A stretch of 64,000 nucleotides of DNA from IMG/VR virus record IMGVR_UViG_3300044997_001199, positions 62,001 through 126,000 of that record; one strand, written 5' to 3'. The position numbers and the translations under genes are program-made. Under the pieces are notes generated by a model that had not been told where the DNA came from, ran no database searches, and saw nothing but the letters and a program-made list of their open reading frames with translations. The first letter of the stretch is position 1, and every line of letters begins with the position of its first letter. Shown here piece after piece: positions 1 to 9,636 of this stretch.

Positions 1-568
1 GGTCATTGTAAGGGCTGATATAAAATAGCCCCCAATCATGACGATCTGCGATCGAAGCAAAATGACTGTTGCCATTGAAAAACACATGTGGAATCGATTG
101 CTGTGTTAGTTCCTGATGAAACTGCCAGATCTCTTGGTGCGCTCGTTGAGTGCATTGTTCCCAATCCACCTCGGCCACAAATTTTTTGTACCTTTGTTGA
201 TGGTCAGACGGAACATGGTCGATACCTGATGCATTGACTTGCCACCATTGGTCGTTGATCCACCATTCCTGGCGTTCCCACGTGCTCCATTGTATGACCA
301 TGAACGTGCGATCCAGCAGGTCAGGGTTGTTGACGATCCAGTCACGAGTGGTACGCATGGTTCTGTAATTGCTGCCGGCGCTTTCGGCATCACAGTGCAG
401 AACGGCGCCCAACCAATTGGCCAGTTTGCATCCGTAACTGGCCCTGAGATTGTCAGGATGAGGCTGACGGCCCAGCTCCCAGTGTATACCGTCATCCTCT
501 GCAAACACATGCGGAGTCACTGATTCGGCCGCGGCCGAATGGCTGTCACCGTTGACATAGAGATGCAT
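1..568 (-). CDS. SGNH/GDSL-hydrolase-like protein (3' end runs off the window; missing from the ORF track)
   Basis: Manual translation from ATG at 568: MHLYVNGDSHSAAAE...DAESAGSN...MVIQWSTWERQEW. GDS block I and GSN block II resemble 20124..20933 and 40858..41499. Confidence 0.7.
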   Translation of the reverse strand, partial: MHLYVNGDSHSAAAESVTPHVFAEDDGIHWELGRQPHPDNLRASYGCKLANWLGAVLHCDAESAGSNYRTMRTTRDWIVNNPDLLDRTFMVIQWSTWERQEWWINDQWWQVNASGIDHVPSDHQQRYKKFVAEVDWEQCTQRAHQEIWQFHQELTQQSIPHVFFNGNSHFASIADRHDWGLFYISPYND

Positions 569-574
569 GGTCTC

Positions 575-1033
575 TTACTTTTTTTCGGCCGCAGCCACAC
601 GCTTTCTCAGGCTGCTGGAACTAAAGCTATGATCTCTAGTATTAAATATCAATTCAATACCACGTTGTATGCATATGTTACGCCCGGTAAATTCACGATC
701 CTGGTATTCTACTCCCAGGATACGCACATCAATGGGCAGAGTCAACAAGATGTCTTCGAGATCTTTTTCGGTCTGGTAGACCACGATTTCGTCCACATAG
801 CGAGTGGCACTGAGCTGTATCTGGCGTTCCACTATGCTCTGCACCGGCGGATTCTTGGAATCGGGACGATCAATGGTGGGATCGGTCTGCAGGCCTGCTA
901 TGAGGTAGTCGCAGTGATTGCGAGCTTCGGCCAGCATGGCAATGTGTCCAGCATGCAGCAAATCAAAGGTGCTGAAAGTAATACCTATGGTATTGCCACG
1001 ATCTTTGAGATCCCGTACTCGATTGAAGATCAT
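575..1033 (-). CDS. Cytidylyltransferase (TagD/glycerol-3-phosphate cytidylyltransferase-like)
   Basis: FSTFDLLHAGH (HxGH) motif and C-terminal RDHSFSSSSLR. Confidence 0.85.
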   Translation of the reverse strand: MIFNRVRDLKDRGNTIGITFSTFDLLHAGHIAMLAEARNHCDYLIAGLQTDPTIDRPDSKNPPVQSIVERQIQLSATRYVDEIVVYQTEKDLEDILLTLPIDVRILGVEYQDREFTGRNICIQRGIELIFNTRDHSFSSSSLRKRVAAAEKK

Positions 1034-1422
1034 GATACCTCACTCCTGCCGTTGCCGATGTCCCGACTTTTGACATAGATACCTGAATTTTGCATGGCCT
1101 GATCCTGTTCCCAAGTCTCCATGACCACATGTCGACAGACATTTTGAAACCACTGATCTACCACATCCGAATCGGTTTTCCCTGCGTATCCAGCTCTCAA
1201 AAGATTGGCCACAAACTTTTCGTTCCAGTCCAGTTCAAACGCGCCCTGATGAGGATTGGCTGGATCAATGTCCAGTCTCAGTACCGCCACATAGGGCTCG
1301 CCTTGTTCCGTGGCCAATTCTCGGGCAGATTTTGCGGGTTTTTTTGTTTCGTCCCGAGGTTTTTCTTTGGTTTGCTGCGGTTCGCTGATTTTGTTGTTTC
1401 TCCAGAAATCAAATATTCCCAT
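1030..1422 (-). CDS. Hypothetical phage protein
   Basis: Probable start MGIFDFW at 1422, forming a TAATG overlap with the queE stop. Confidence 0.7.
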   Translation of the reverse strand: MGIFDFWRNNKISEPQQTKEKPRDETKKPAKSARELATEQGEPYVAVLRLDIDPANPHQGAFELDWNEKFVANLLRAGYAGKTDSDVVDQWFQNVCRHVVMETWEQDQAMQNSGIYVKSRDIGNGRSEVS

Positions 1423-2276
1423 TATCGTCCCCACCCGTTGCCCCAGATATCTACATGCAGCCGAGGCGAATACCAATGACCTCTGCGCAGAGCCTCGTCG
1501 GCCACATTGATACGATTGTCATCGTACACAGACACCACACCTCCTACCGGCATCACACACACCGGACCTCTAAATCCTGCTGTCCGATATTCTTCCACGG
1601 CTCGATCCACTTCGTCAAAGTCTGCTGTGTGTGCTACCACAAACTTGAGATAGGTCATACCCACAGTTTCGTATTCCACTATGATCTGTGGCTTGATGGC
1701 ATCTTCCCAACGTTCGCCGCTCACTGTGAGTTTTGGGCTCACCGAAAAAGTGATTTCTCTGCGACCCCGACAGGTGGTATTTAGATATCGTCGGAAATCA
1801 TCATGCAACGATTGTGTGCCATTGGTTTCAAATGTGATCTGCTGTAGGTCCTGCATGCGATCATGTTCAAACAATTCCACATAGGCCCGCTGCCATCCCA
1901 GCAACGGTTCCCCGCCAGTGATCACTAGATGCACGGGATTGCCATTGGGTTGCAGCCAGCGATTATTTGGCACGAGCGCCAACATGCGGTCCACGATTTC
2001 GCCAATTTCTAAACTAGGACTAAATTTTTTGAATGCCGGATGCCAGGACGCATAGCTGTCACAGCCAGTGGCCACCAAGGGCAGTTCTTCGAAGGTCTTG
2101 AACTGCACAACATTGGCCGCCACCGCATCGGCCGCGGTACTCATCTGTCCTTTGGGCATACCAAAAGATGAACAAGTGAAATTACATCCAAACGTGCGTA
2201 GGAAAACCGAAGGTACGCCTACGTATCGACCTTCGCCTTGTGCCGAATAAAAAATTTCTGACACCTTGAGTTTCAT
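1422..2276 (-). CDS. queE: 7-carboxy-7-deazaguanine synthase (radical SAM)
   Basis: SEIFYSAQGEG, VFLRTFGCNFTC...CDS, VITGGEPLL, ETNGT, SVSPK and C-terminal SPRLH; clustered with folE and queD. Confidence 0.92.
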   Translation of the reverse strand: MKLKVSEIFYSAQGEGRYVGVPSVFLRTFGCNFTCSSFGMPKGQMSTAADAVAANVVQFKTFEELPLVATGCDSYASWHPAFKKFSPSLEIGEIVDRMLALVPNNRWLQPNGNPVHLVITGGEPLLGWQRAYVELFEHDRMQDLQQITFETNGTQSLHDDFRRYLNTTCRGRREITFSVSPKLTVSGERWEDAIKPQIIVEYETVGMTYLKFVVAHTADFDEVDRAVEEYRTAGFRGPVCVMPVGGVVSVYDDNRINVADEALRRGHWYSPRLHVDIWGNGWGR

Positions 2277-2731
2277 TGTGTAATTATAACATCATTTTCA
2301 GTTTTGATCCAGACTCTGGCTCCACAACTCAATGGCCTGTGGGTAAAGTATTTAACAACCGCAGGCCCTGTGATCTCGACTTCATGCGCGTAGACATTGG
2401 AGTGCCCACTTTTGACTGTGAGCATAGGTTCATCTGAGCTGTTTTTGGTAAAGTAATCATATTCTAATTTACTTTCTCTCAAATTGATTTCATCAACTAT
2501 TGATCTTTGAATAGGGTTATTTTTAGCATATTCTGTTTTGATTTTTTTATCCTCTTCTTTACAATCCCTACAATAGATTTCATATTCGGCCACCGTTATC
2601 TTTGAAATCATTTCTTCAGTTTCGATGACAATGTCAGGAGCCTTTAGTTTTTTCAATCTTTTGACCCTTGCCTGTCTTTCTTCTTGAAACTTTTTATTTC
2701 CACTTATAGTATCTTCAATAATTTCTCTCAT
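2273..2731 (-). CDS. Hypothetical protein, apparently chimeric (AT-rich Lys/Glu N-half plus conserved T4-like phage C-domain)
   Basis: The C-terminal LTVK..SN.YAHEVEI.GP.....PLSCGARVWI segment recalls a small conserved T4-like phage protein; the 5' half is markedly AT-rich. Confidence 0.6.
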   Translation of the reverse strand: MREIIEDTISGNKKFQEERQARVKRLKKLKAPDIVIETEEMISKITVAEYEIYCRDCKEEDKKIKTEYAKNNPIQRSIVDEINLRESKLEYDYFTKNSSDEPMLTVKSGHSNVYAHEVEITGPAVVKYFTHRPLSCGARVWIKTENDVIITQ

Positions 2732-2734
2732 TCT

Positions 2735-2920
2735 TCAACTCCATCTCAGTAGTGTTAGTGTTGCCATCTTAGGATCACGGAACCACCATGAGCAACCATA
2801 GTCAGAGTCCAAGGGACTTAGGTTGTAAGTCCTGCCCCAGTCCCTGCCAAACTCGCCCACATACCGATCTAACCAACGACCAAAGTCAATCTGAGCATCC
2901 ACTAGAAAAACTTGTTTCAA
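2735..2920 (-). CDS. Small hypothetical protein
   Basis: 61-aa ORF filling the gap in operon orientation; Trp-rich, ending WWFRDPKMATLTLLRWS. Confidence 0.55.
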   Translation of the reverse strand: MKQVFLVDAQIDFGRWLDRYVGEFGRDWGRTYNLSPLDSDYGCSWWFRDPKMATLTLLRWS

Positions 2921-2945
2921 TGCTGTGAGTTGGTATTGTTTTCAT

Positions 2946-3656
2946 TTAAAACTCCAGTATCAGATGGCTGCGGTTTCTATAAACACATCGCTGGGCCTGC
3001 GCAGTCCAGGCATCGTAGAGCTCGTCATCGACCAGTCTGCAGTGTTCTTGTTGCTTGGCGTATCTGCCTACCTTGATGGGATGATATTCAACCCAGTTGG
3101 TTATCACAAATCGTCCGTGAAACTCACGCACGATGCGATCCCAGGTTGGGTCAAACAGTTCCTGCTGGATGTGTTCTATGGTATCCACCATGACGATAGT
3201 ATCGTAATTTGCAAAATCAATCTTATCGATCAGGTAATCGATGGATCCAATCAATGGTGATGCGTTTTTGAATTTTTTTCCAAAAAACTGTTTTCCGGTT
3301 TTCGAAAACCAAGTTTTGGAATCCTCACACACTTCAATGCTGGTAACCGGTATCTGCAAATGAGTCAGCACAGCGGCAATTTCGCCGCGACCACCACCTA
3401 TTTCCAACACACCACTGGGATGTCTTGTGGCTGCTGTACGCAAAAAACCAATCTGGTCTTGGAGAACATTTTTGTTGACCACTTCCATACGACCGGTTGG
3501 GTGTATTTCAAAATACCACGGAAATGCGTCCATCAGCTGATCCCAGGTGATGCCATGCATATAACTCAGTGCGGCCATGGTGTCACCAAATTTCAAATTT
3601 CCTGCATGCCAGCTGCGTATGCCGTCGGCCCGAGAAAAATAATCATAATCATACAT
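2946..3656 (-). CDS. Class I SAM-dependent methyltransferase
   Basis: Motif I VLEIGGGRG, acidic residue after strand 2 (SIE), and YDTIVMVDTIEH. Confidence 0.8.
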   Translation of the reverse strand: MYDYDYFSRADGIRSWHAGNLKFGDTMAALSYMHGITWDQLMDAFPWYFEIHPTGRMEVVNKNVLQDQIGFLRTAATRHPSGVLEIGGGRGEIAAVLTHLQIPVTSIEVCEDSKTWFSKTGKQFFGKKFKNASPLIGSIDYLIDKIDFANYDTIVMVDTIEHIQQELFDPTWDRIVREFHGRFVITNWVEYHPIKVGRYAKQQEHCRLVDDELYDAWTAQAQRCVYRNRSHLILEF

Positions 3657-3676
3657 GTTCGTAGTTCCTTGGATCG

Positions 3677-4507
3677 TTAGGTTGAGTGTGGATTGGCGTA
3701 TTGCACCATCTGTCGATTGACGTCATTCTGGGCCAGTTTTTCCCAGGGATCTTGTGTTCCGTTGAACACATTTTCAAAAAAAGTCATGTCCTGGCACAAA
3801 ACTGTGCGTAAATAGGCTGCCAGTTTGTAGCAGTCGCGATATCGAAGATTTATCATTTCCACACTCTGAAAATCTCGCGGATCCTGAGGATTGCCCTCCA
3901 TGATCTTGCGTTCCCGGAATGTGCTGTCACAGTTATTCCCTGTGAGATCATAACGGTCGTGCGTGACCTCGACCGGGATGCGCTCCCAGATATCCAATAC
4001 ATAGGCCTGCTGGCTGAGCCAAGCGTCCTGACTGGGATGCGGACTGATATAACCTGTCAATTCATACCATTTGCTGGGCAGTATTGGAAAGATACTGTAA
4101 GGATGGTCTCTGTGAGTGTGGAACGCCAACAGTTTGAATTCGCCCGAATGCTGCATGATCGTCGAGTCCCATCCCTGGGTTTCCATCACGGCATCGTCGT
4201 TCCACACTATCATCCATTGTGCGGATGCATGTGGTGCTAGGCCGTTGTAGTAGAGATTGAGATGGCTGTAGCCCATGCGGTCAAACACCATGGCACGGTA
4301 ATTGATCTCATGTTGGTCCAGCCATGGCACTATCTGCGAGGTAAAGAAATCGATACCAACGGTGTCGTCGCGATCAAATGCCAGCAAAATCTGCACACGA
4401 TCCGGCACTGCGGCTAGATCAAACAGACTGCGCACACTACGAAACAGAGTTTCTGTGCGCCCGCGCGTGGCCAACAACACTGCTATGTCAAATAAATGCT
4501 GAGACAT
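3677..4507 (-). CDS. GT-A fold glycosyltransferase (GT2-like)
   Basis: N-terminal AVLLATRGR, WNDDA (DxD-like) motif, and downstream QDAW acidic site. Confidence 0.75.
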   Translation of the reverse strand: MSQHLFDIAVLLATRGRTETLFRSVRSLFDLAAVPDRVQILLAFDRDDTVGIDFFTSQIVPWLDQHEINYRAMVFDRMGYSHLNLYYNGLAPHASAQWMIVWNDDAVMETQGWDSTIMQHSGEFKLLAFHTHRDHPYSIFPILPSKWYELTGYISPHPSQDAWLSQQAYVLDIWERIPVEVTHDRYDLTGNNCDSTFRERKIMEGNPQDPRDFQSVEMINLRYRDCYKLAAYLRTVLCQDMTFFENVFNGTQDPWEKLAQNDVNRQMVQYANPHST

Positions 4508-4510
4508 TGG

Positions 4511-5059
4511 TCACTGCCCCGACCGATTCGCAATCGAGCATTCGTAGATGGCCGAATTACCATCATGCTCAAACACTTCGGCTGATCGTAGATGCACACC
4601 TTGTCCCACTGGATACCGCGCTTCAAAGTGTCGACCGTTGGGATGGCACCAGCTGCGACCTTCCTGATATGCGGTCAAGATCTCTGACATGACTTGATAG
4701 GCCAATTCGGCAAATTTTTCGCAACCCACAGCCGAGACAATCCGTAGGTCACAGATACCGCCTTGATCCTGCAGGCCAAGTTTGGCCAGTTCGACGAATT
4801 TTTCAAGATATGGGTCATCCTGAGCGACCACCAGAGTGTGATCGAACTGCCAGTCGGCCCATTCCTTGAAGGCCCTGAGCCCCCCAAAATCCATGACCCA
4901 GTTGCGATTATCCAGAGTTTCAGACTCAAATACCAAGCGTAGACCAATGGAATAGCCGTGCAACAGCGAACAATGGCTGTGAGAGGATCGCCACTGACGA
5001 AAGCAGCAACTCAATCCACGGTCGGTGCCGTAGGTTTTAGTCGAAAGATACTTTGCCAT
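4511..5059 (-). CDS. queD: 6-carboxy-5,6,7,8-tetrahydropterin synthase
   Basis: CSLLHGY (CxxxHG), DFG, FDH, GCE and terminal E-H-x-x-NSA T-fold motifs. Confidence 0.9.
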   Translation of the reverse strand: MAKYLSTKTYGTDRGLSCCFRQWRSSHSHCSLLHGYSIGLRLVFESETLDNRNWVMDFGGLRAFKEWADWQFDHTLVVAQDDPYLEKFVELAKLGLQDQGGICDLRIVSAVGCEKFAELAYQVMSEILTAYQEGRSWCHPNGRHFEARYPVGQGVHLRSAEVFEHDGNSAIYECSIANRSGQ

Positions 5060-5063
5060 TTAA

Positions 5064-5747
5064 TTATCTGTGTCCTTTCATGCTAAGACAAATATCGTAG
5101 AATTCTTGTTTCAGCGCAGGATCAGTTTCGAATGCACCTAGCATGATGGCCGTGGTCATGTCTGATTCGTGCTCACGCACACCGCGCTGAGTCATGCAAT
5201 GATGTTCAGCCTTGACTACCACTGCGACGTTTGAGGTCCGGGCGTATCGTTTGAGTGCCTCTGCTATCTGCGTGGTCATCTCCTCCTGGATCTGCGGACG
5301 TTCACAGATATGATGCACGATGCGATTGAACTTGCTGAGTCCAATGACTTCCTCTTCGGGCACAATGCCCACCCAGCAGTGACCCACGATGTTCTGAAAG
5401 TGATGCGCACATGTGGATCTGATGGTTATGGGTCCGGTGGTATACAGGCTTTTGTATCCCATGTTAGGGAACGCAGTGACCTTGGGCACCGGGCGATAGC
5501 GGCCTGAAAAGGTTTCCATGACAAACATATTGGCCACTCGTCGTGCAGTGTCTCGAGTGTTGTGGTCATGGTCGGTGTCGATCACGAGGCTTTCCAGCAC
5601 ATCTTGCATCTTGGCCGCCACTTCGTCTACCAGTTGTTCCAACTCACCGGGTTGGATAAATTCGGCAATGTTGTCATTGCAATGAAATCGTGCGCCGGCC
5701 ATGTTGATGCGATTGCGAATGGTATTACTAATTTTGGTATAAATCAT
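5064..5747 (-). CDS. folE: GTP cyclohydrolase I
   Basis: STCAHH, GLSKF.R, RPQIQE and H.CM..RG motifs. Confidence 0.95.
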   Translation of the reverse strand: MIYTKISNTIRNRINMAGARFHCNDNIAEFIQPGELEQLVDEVAAKMQDVLESLVIDTDHDHNTRDTARRVANMFVMETFSGRYRPVPKVTAFPNMGYKSLYTTGPITIRSTCAHHFQNIVGHCWVGIVPEEEVIGLSKFNRIVHHICERPQIQEEMTTQIAEALKRYARTSNVAVVVKAEHHCMTQRGVREHESDMTTAIMLGAFETDPALKQEFYDICLSMKGHR

Positions 5748-5787
5748 GCGTTCTCCGAGTTAGGGTCGAGGATGACCAGTTATAGTG

Positions 5788-6387
5788 TTATGATATAGGG
5801 TTTTCCGTGATCTTGCAAGATCTAAGATCGGGATATTGGTGATATTTAGGGACCGGATCAACCCGGGGAAGTTTTTCAAGTCCCATGGCTGCTTCCTCAG
5901 GATTCATTTTGTAGTGGTAGCCCACGTAGAATGTCTGCTGATCTTGCCAGGGCACAATGCTGAGATCGCGCCCGTCGTATCGTTGCAGGCGCAGACGCTG
6001 ATATGCGTCCGGGTCGTCCAGCAGGATCGCACCACCGCGTCCAATTTCCAAAGGTTTGCCGCGTCCAAAACTCACACACTGCATCTGACCAGCACGATAC
6101 ATGCCAGGCGCCAACAGTCGTGCAGAGTCCCAGATCCGAGTGCCATGTATGGGATATTCACCCAGCCACTCGTGGTCGAGATAGGAATATCCGATACTCA
6201 GTTTGTGCATGACCATGGGCACCGACAGATAGGTAAACGCAGTGAATTGTACGTACTCAGGACGTTCGTACCGCAAGCAAAGTTCAAGTGCATGAGTACA
6301 GCAGTCCGTGGCAATGGCAAAAGGCGCACCGGTATAGTCACACAGTGCCTGTTCAAACTGTGCGATGGTGGTAAAGTTTACTTCCAA
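5788..6387 (-). CDS. DegT/DnrJ/EryC1/StrS-family PLP aminotransferase (short form)
   Basis: ATDCCTHALEL, WDSA and SFGRGKPLEIGRGGAI (PLP lysine), GYHYKM; only 199 aa. Confidence 0.8.
   Translation of the reverse strand: MEVNFTTIAQFEQALCDYTGAPFAIATDCCTHALELCLRYERPEYVQFTAFTYLSVPMVMHKLSIGYSYLDHEWLGEYPIHGTRIWDSARLLAPGMYRAGQMQCVSFGRGKPLEIGRGGAILLDDPDAYQRLRLQRYDGRDLSIVPWQDQQTFYVGYHYKMNPEEAAMGLEKLPRVDPVPKYHQYPDLRSCKITENPIS
5790..5818 (-). promoter_or_regulatory. Sigma70-type promoter for folE-queD
   Basis: TTGCAA-17 nt-TATCAT on the minus strand, about 40 nt upstream of the folE ATG; GGAG RBS at 5753-5756. Confidence 0.55.
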
Positions 6388-7328
6388 TGCCAGGCCTGTG
6401 CATGTTCAATGGCGTCGGCCACGGTCCAGCGTGATGCCCAGCCAGCAGTGCGTTTCCACAGGTCAGGATCTGCATAGGATTCAGCTGGATCACCTGTACG
6501 AGCCGGACCATCGATCACAGACACAGCGTGTCCAGTGACCTGCGCGACTAGATCCACGATTTCGCGATTGCTGTGCGCTGTACCAGTGCCCAGGTTGTAG
6601 ATGCCTGCAGGAACCTTGCGATCTATGGCCCGGACGTGTGCGTCGGCGATGTCTTCCACGTGCGTATAATCTCGCACACAGGTACCGTCGCGGGTGTCAA
6701 ATCCCACACCGTTCAAGGTAAATGCACTGCCATCCCGGGCAGCAGCCAACAACCGAGGAATAAGATGCGTGGCACCGGGTTCTTGTCCGTGGCGACCAAG
6801 GTGGTCGGCTCCGCAGGCGTTGAAATATCTAAAGCACACATAGTCCACTGCGTAGGCTCGATGATAGGCCTCAAACAACCATTCTACCATGGCTTTGCTT
6901 TGGCCATACGGGCTCAACGGCATCACAGGGTCAGATTCCCTACAGGGATTGAATTCTGGCTGACCATAGATCGATGAACTGGAACTGAAAACAATGCGTG
7001 TGCCCGGCTGATTGTTACGGATATAATCTACCAAAGTCTTGGTGCGTACAAAATTGTTGTCGTAATACAGTCCCGGGTCAGACACACTGGGCGCGACCAA
7101 ACTGCTGCCTGCACAGTGAATCACGGCGTCGATGTGATGCGAGCCCAGCTGACCCAACGAACTGGCCGCTGCAAAATCTGCTGTGACCGTGGAATCCGCC
7201 ACATTGCGCAGATGGTCGGGCATGGGCCGTTGATCAACAGCCATGGCCCACAGTCCATGGTCCTTGAGGCGCAGCAAGGTCTGTCCGCCAATGAATCCTG
7301 CTGCTCCGGTAATGAGTATTCTTTGCAT
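6378..7328 (-). CDS. galE: UDP-glucose 4-epimerase-like extended SDR
   Basis: GAAGFIG, FSSSSSIYG, YGQSK (YxxxK), RYFNACG and DGTCVRDY motifs. Confidence 0.88.
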   Translation of the reverse strand: MQRILITGAAGFIGGQTLLRLKDHGLWAMAVDQRPMPDHLRNVADSTVTADFAAASSLGQLGSHHIDAVIHCAGSSLVAPSVSDPGLYYDNNFVRTKTLVDYIRNNQPGTRIVFSSSSSIYGQPEFNPCRESDPVMPLSPYGQSKAMVEWLFEAYHRAYAVDYVCFRYFNACGADHLGRHGQEPGATHLIPRLLAAARDGSAFTLNGVGFDTRDGTCVRDYTHVEDIADAHVRAIDRKVPAGIYNLGTGTAHSNREIVDLVAQVTGHAVSVIDGPARTGDPAESYADPDLWKRTAGWASRWTVADAIEHAQAWHWK

Positions 7329-7329
7329 G

Positions 7330-8529
7330 TTAACCCTCGATCTTTCTCACATGATACTTGGCGGCACTGACATGGTCTCTGTAGCGGGGACCGTCTCGCC
7401 GCCATTGTTCGCCTTGCCCCAGCATGATGTCTACACAACGATCCACAGTACCGTCAGTCCAGTCTGAAATCAGGCCCTGATTGTGGTGCGGGTCACGCAA
7501 GAGATTTTGCAATTTGTGGAAGGCATCATCAATGGACCAAGGCACATAGAGTCGGTTGGGATCGTCGGCAAAGGTCTCAGGGAATGAACGATAGGCCGGA
7601 TACAGCACGTTGCAGCCCAGGGTGTCAGCTTCGCTCACTGTATTGCTCACCCAGTCCTGCAGTGCACAGTTGAACAACACTCGGGTATCGTTCAACAGGT
7701 CGTAGTACTGATTCTTGGAAAGACCCTCGTAGATGGTCAAGAGACCGCGTTGTTCGAGCCCACGTGCACGTTCCACATAGCGGGGGTTATTGGAACGCAG
7801 TTCGCTGCCTTGGAACACACAGAATTCCACTCCCACTGGTCCCTGTGCATGGAACATCTCAACAAGGTCCATGTAGAATCCGGGCTGCTTTTCCTGATCC
7901 CAGCGAGCAGCGAATCCTACTCTGCGCGGCCGCTCTGCAAAGGGTCGGACATTGTCGGCGCCACCAATGCGTTCTAGCACTTCTGCCTTGCCGAACGCCA
8001 GGCCTGAAATGTTGTAGATCGGAGCAGTCCAGCCAGCGATACGCATGTGAGCCACCATTTCTTCATTGGTAGCCAACACCGTGGCGAAATCATTGACCAT
8101 GTGTTCGTAGTGCGACATCCAGCGATTCATGCCCCACACATGCACAAAATCATCGGGGTCAATGCTCTGAGCAAGACAGCGCACAAACACCCGCGGCCGC
8201 TGGTTTTCCGGAATCTGGTCCATGATGTAGGGCAGGCTTTCGATGCCCGGCTGGAACATGTCTTCGAAGAAAATCACATCTTGAGCAGTGACTTCTCCTT
8301 GCTGCATGAGTCTCACTAGGTTCATCATCTGGCTCATGCCAAAATAGCTGCGCCCGTGTGCATCCAGTACCTGCCCCACTGAGATCTTCTGCGAGTTGTC
8401 AAGATTGAGTCCGGGTATATAGACCACATCTAGGCCACGACGGTCAAACACGCGCCGGTTCCATTCTGTGAGTTGGAGAGTGTATCGGGCCTCGTACGAT
8501 TCGAGTCCCATGTAATAGAGTTTACGCAT
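7330..8529 (-). CDS. GT-B fold glycosyltransferase
   Basis: C-terminal donor-binding domain: FAARWDQEKQP, then QDWVSNTVSEA..LG (Dx7E-type), YRSFPE. Confidence 0.75.
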   Translation of the reverse strand: MRKLYYMGLESYEARYTLQLTEWNRRVFDRRGLDVVYIPGLNLDNSQKISVGQVLDAHGRSYFGMSQMMNLVRLMQQGEVTAQDVIFFEDMFQPGIESLPYIMDQIPENQRPRVFVRCLAQSIDPDDFVHVWGMNRWMSHYEHMVNDFATVLATNEEMVAHMRIAGWTAPIYNISGLAFGKAEVLERIGGADNVRPFAERPRRVGFAARWDQEKQPGFYMDLVEMFHAQGPVGVEFCVFQGSELRSNNPRYVERARGLEQRGLLTIYEGLSKNQYYDLLNDTRVLFNCALQDWVSNTVSEADTLGCNVLYPAYRSFPETFADDPNRLYVPWSIDDAFHKLQNLLRDPHHNQGLISDWTDGTVDRCVDIMLGQGEQWRRDGPRYRDHVSAAKYHVRKIEG

Positions 8530-9406
8530 GATTTTTTTTCTCCAATAAAGTCGCTAACTGCATGGTATCAGTGGGGAACCGGTTTAGATCTTGGCATTGT
8601 ATTTCGTATCCACGATCCCTCAATCGTTTTTGAACAATAGCTTCACTGACAAAACACAACGAAGACCACGTAAAGTTTTTGGAATTTACAGTAAAATCAA
8701 CGATAGTATCAATCAATTCGAACTCATTGACAATATATGTTTGTGCTGCCTGCCATTCTTCTACGAAACTATTTAGATCACCTTGCAGCTCTAGTTCGCA
8801 AAAACTAATTATGCGCTCCAAGCTCGCAACAGTATCGTACAATATATCAGTGTTGGACATGATCAACCATGAATCATCGACATGCTTTGGACAATCAATG
8901 AATTCCTGTACTGACCCCGGATAGAACAAGCTGAACCATTCGCGAGCTTGCCACGGTTCTAGATCCGACCAATGTTTGCAATGAGAATTCCACTTTTTCC
9001 AATTGTCGATGTGATCGCCATACATGGCATCTAGAGACAACGGCAACCACATTTTGTAATATTTAAAAAGAAGATTTAACTCAGCAGCATGTAGGTTGGG
9101 TTGATAGACCACTATCTTGTGATCAGTTGCCCAGGAAGTCACGGTAGAAAAATATTCTAGCAACTGAGGCAATTTGAATTCACAATACGTGAGACCCGGT
9201 GTGGTAATTCCCGACGGGTTGAGGGCCTGATCCAGGAATTCTCTCAACTGATCCATGTTCATGACATGATACTCTTTGTCAAAAGAGTGCATAGATCCGT
9301 CGGGCATGATTCGTGCATTTATTTTTTGTGGATGATTGGTGTAGTTGTGTAGCACATACTCAATGGTGCTGCCAAAACTACCCGGATCATAGAACACATG
9401 TATCAA
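8522..9406 (-). CDS. P-loop/sulfotransferase-like hypothetical protein
   Basis: Likely TTG start at 9406 (overlaps upstream stop); N-terminal HVFYDPGSFGST; more AT-rich than its neighbours. Confidence 0.55.
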   Translation of the reverse strand: MIHVFYDPGSFGSTIEYVLHNYTNHPQKINARIMPDGSMHSFDKEYHVMNMDQLREFLDQALNPSGITTPGLTYCEFKLPQLLEYFSTVTSWATDHKIVVYQPNLHAAELNLLFKYYKMWLPLSLDAMYGDHIDNWKKWNSHCKHWSDLEPWQAREWFSLFYPGSVQEFIDCPKHVDDSWLIMSNTDILYDTVASLERIISFCELELQGDLNSFVEEWQAAQTYIVNEFELIDTIVDFTVNSKNFTWSSLCFVSEAIVQKRLRDRGYEIQCQDLNRFPTDTMQLATLLEKKNHA

Positions 9407-9624
9407 GTACGAGATCCTGTGCGGCGAACAAGGTCGGCCCATGAATCTTTGGCATTTTTTCCTTGTTGCAGTTTGTTGAATTGCTGGAAAGCATAGCTCT
9501 TCCAGTTGTAAAGATCTGCTTCGTTGTACACATATCCATAATTTCGGCAGAAGTCGAGATATTTTTCGAGATCATCAAGAATGATACGAACCTTGGGGTT
9601 GGGTTGAAACTTTTGCTTGGACAA
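9403..9624 (-). CDS. Small hypothetical protein
   Basis: 73-aa ORF with GGAG RBS, co-oriented within the cluster. Confidence 0.7.
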   Translation of the reverse strand: MSKQKFQPNPKVRIILDDLEKYLDFCRNYGYVYNEADLYNWKSYAFQQFNKLQQGKNAKDSWADLVRRTGSRT

Positions 9625-9636
9625 TTTATGTCTCCG

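Noticed and set aside
106-523. ORF-track entries 106..510 (-) and 239..523 (+)
   Set aside because: They are off-frame or antisense shadows of the real SGNH-like gene 1..568 (-).
523-540. 18-bp perfect palindrome ATTCGGCCGCGGCCGAAT
   Set aside because: Single GC-rich occurrence inside coding sequence (HSAAAE); no regulatory context.
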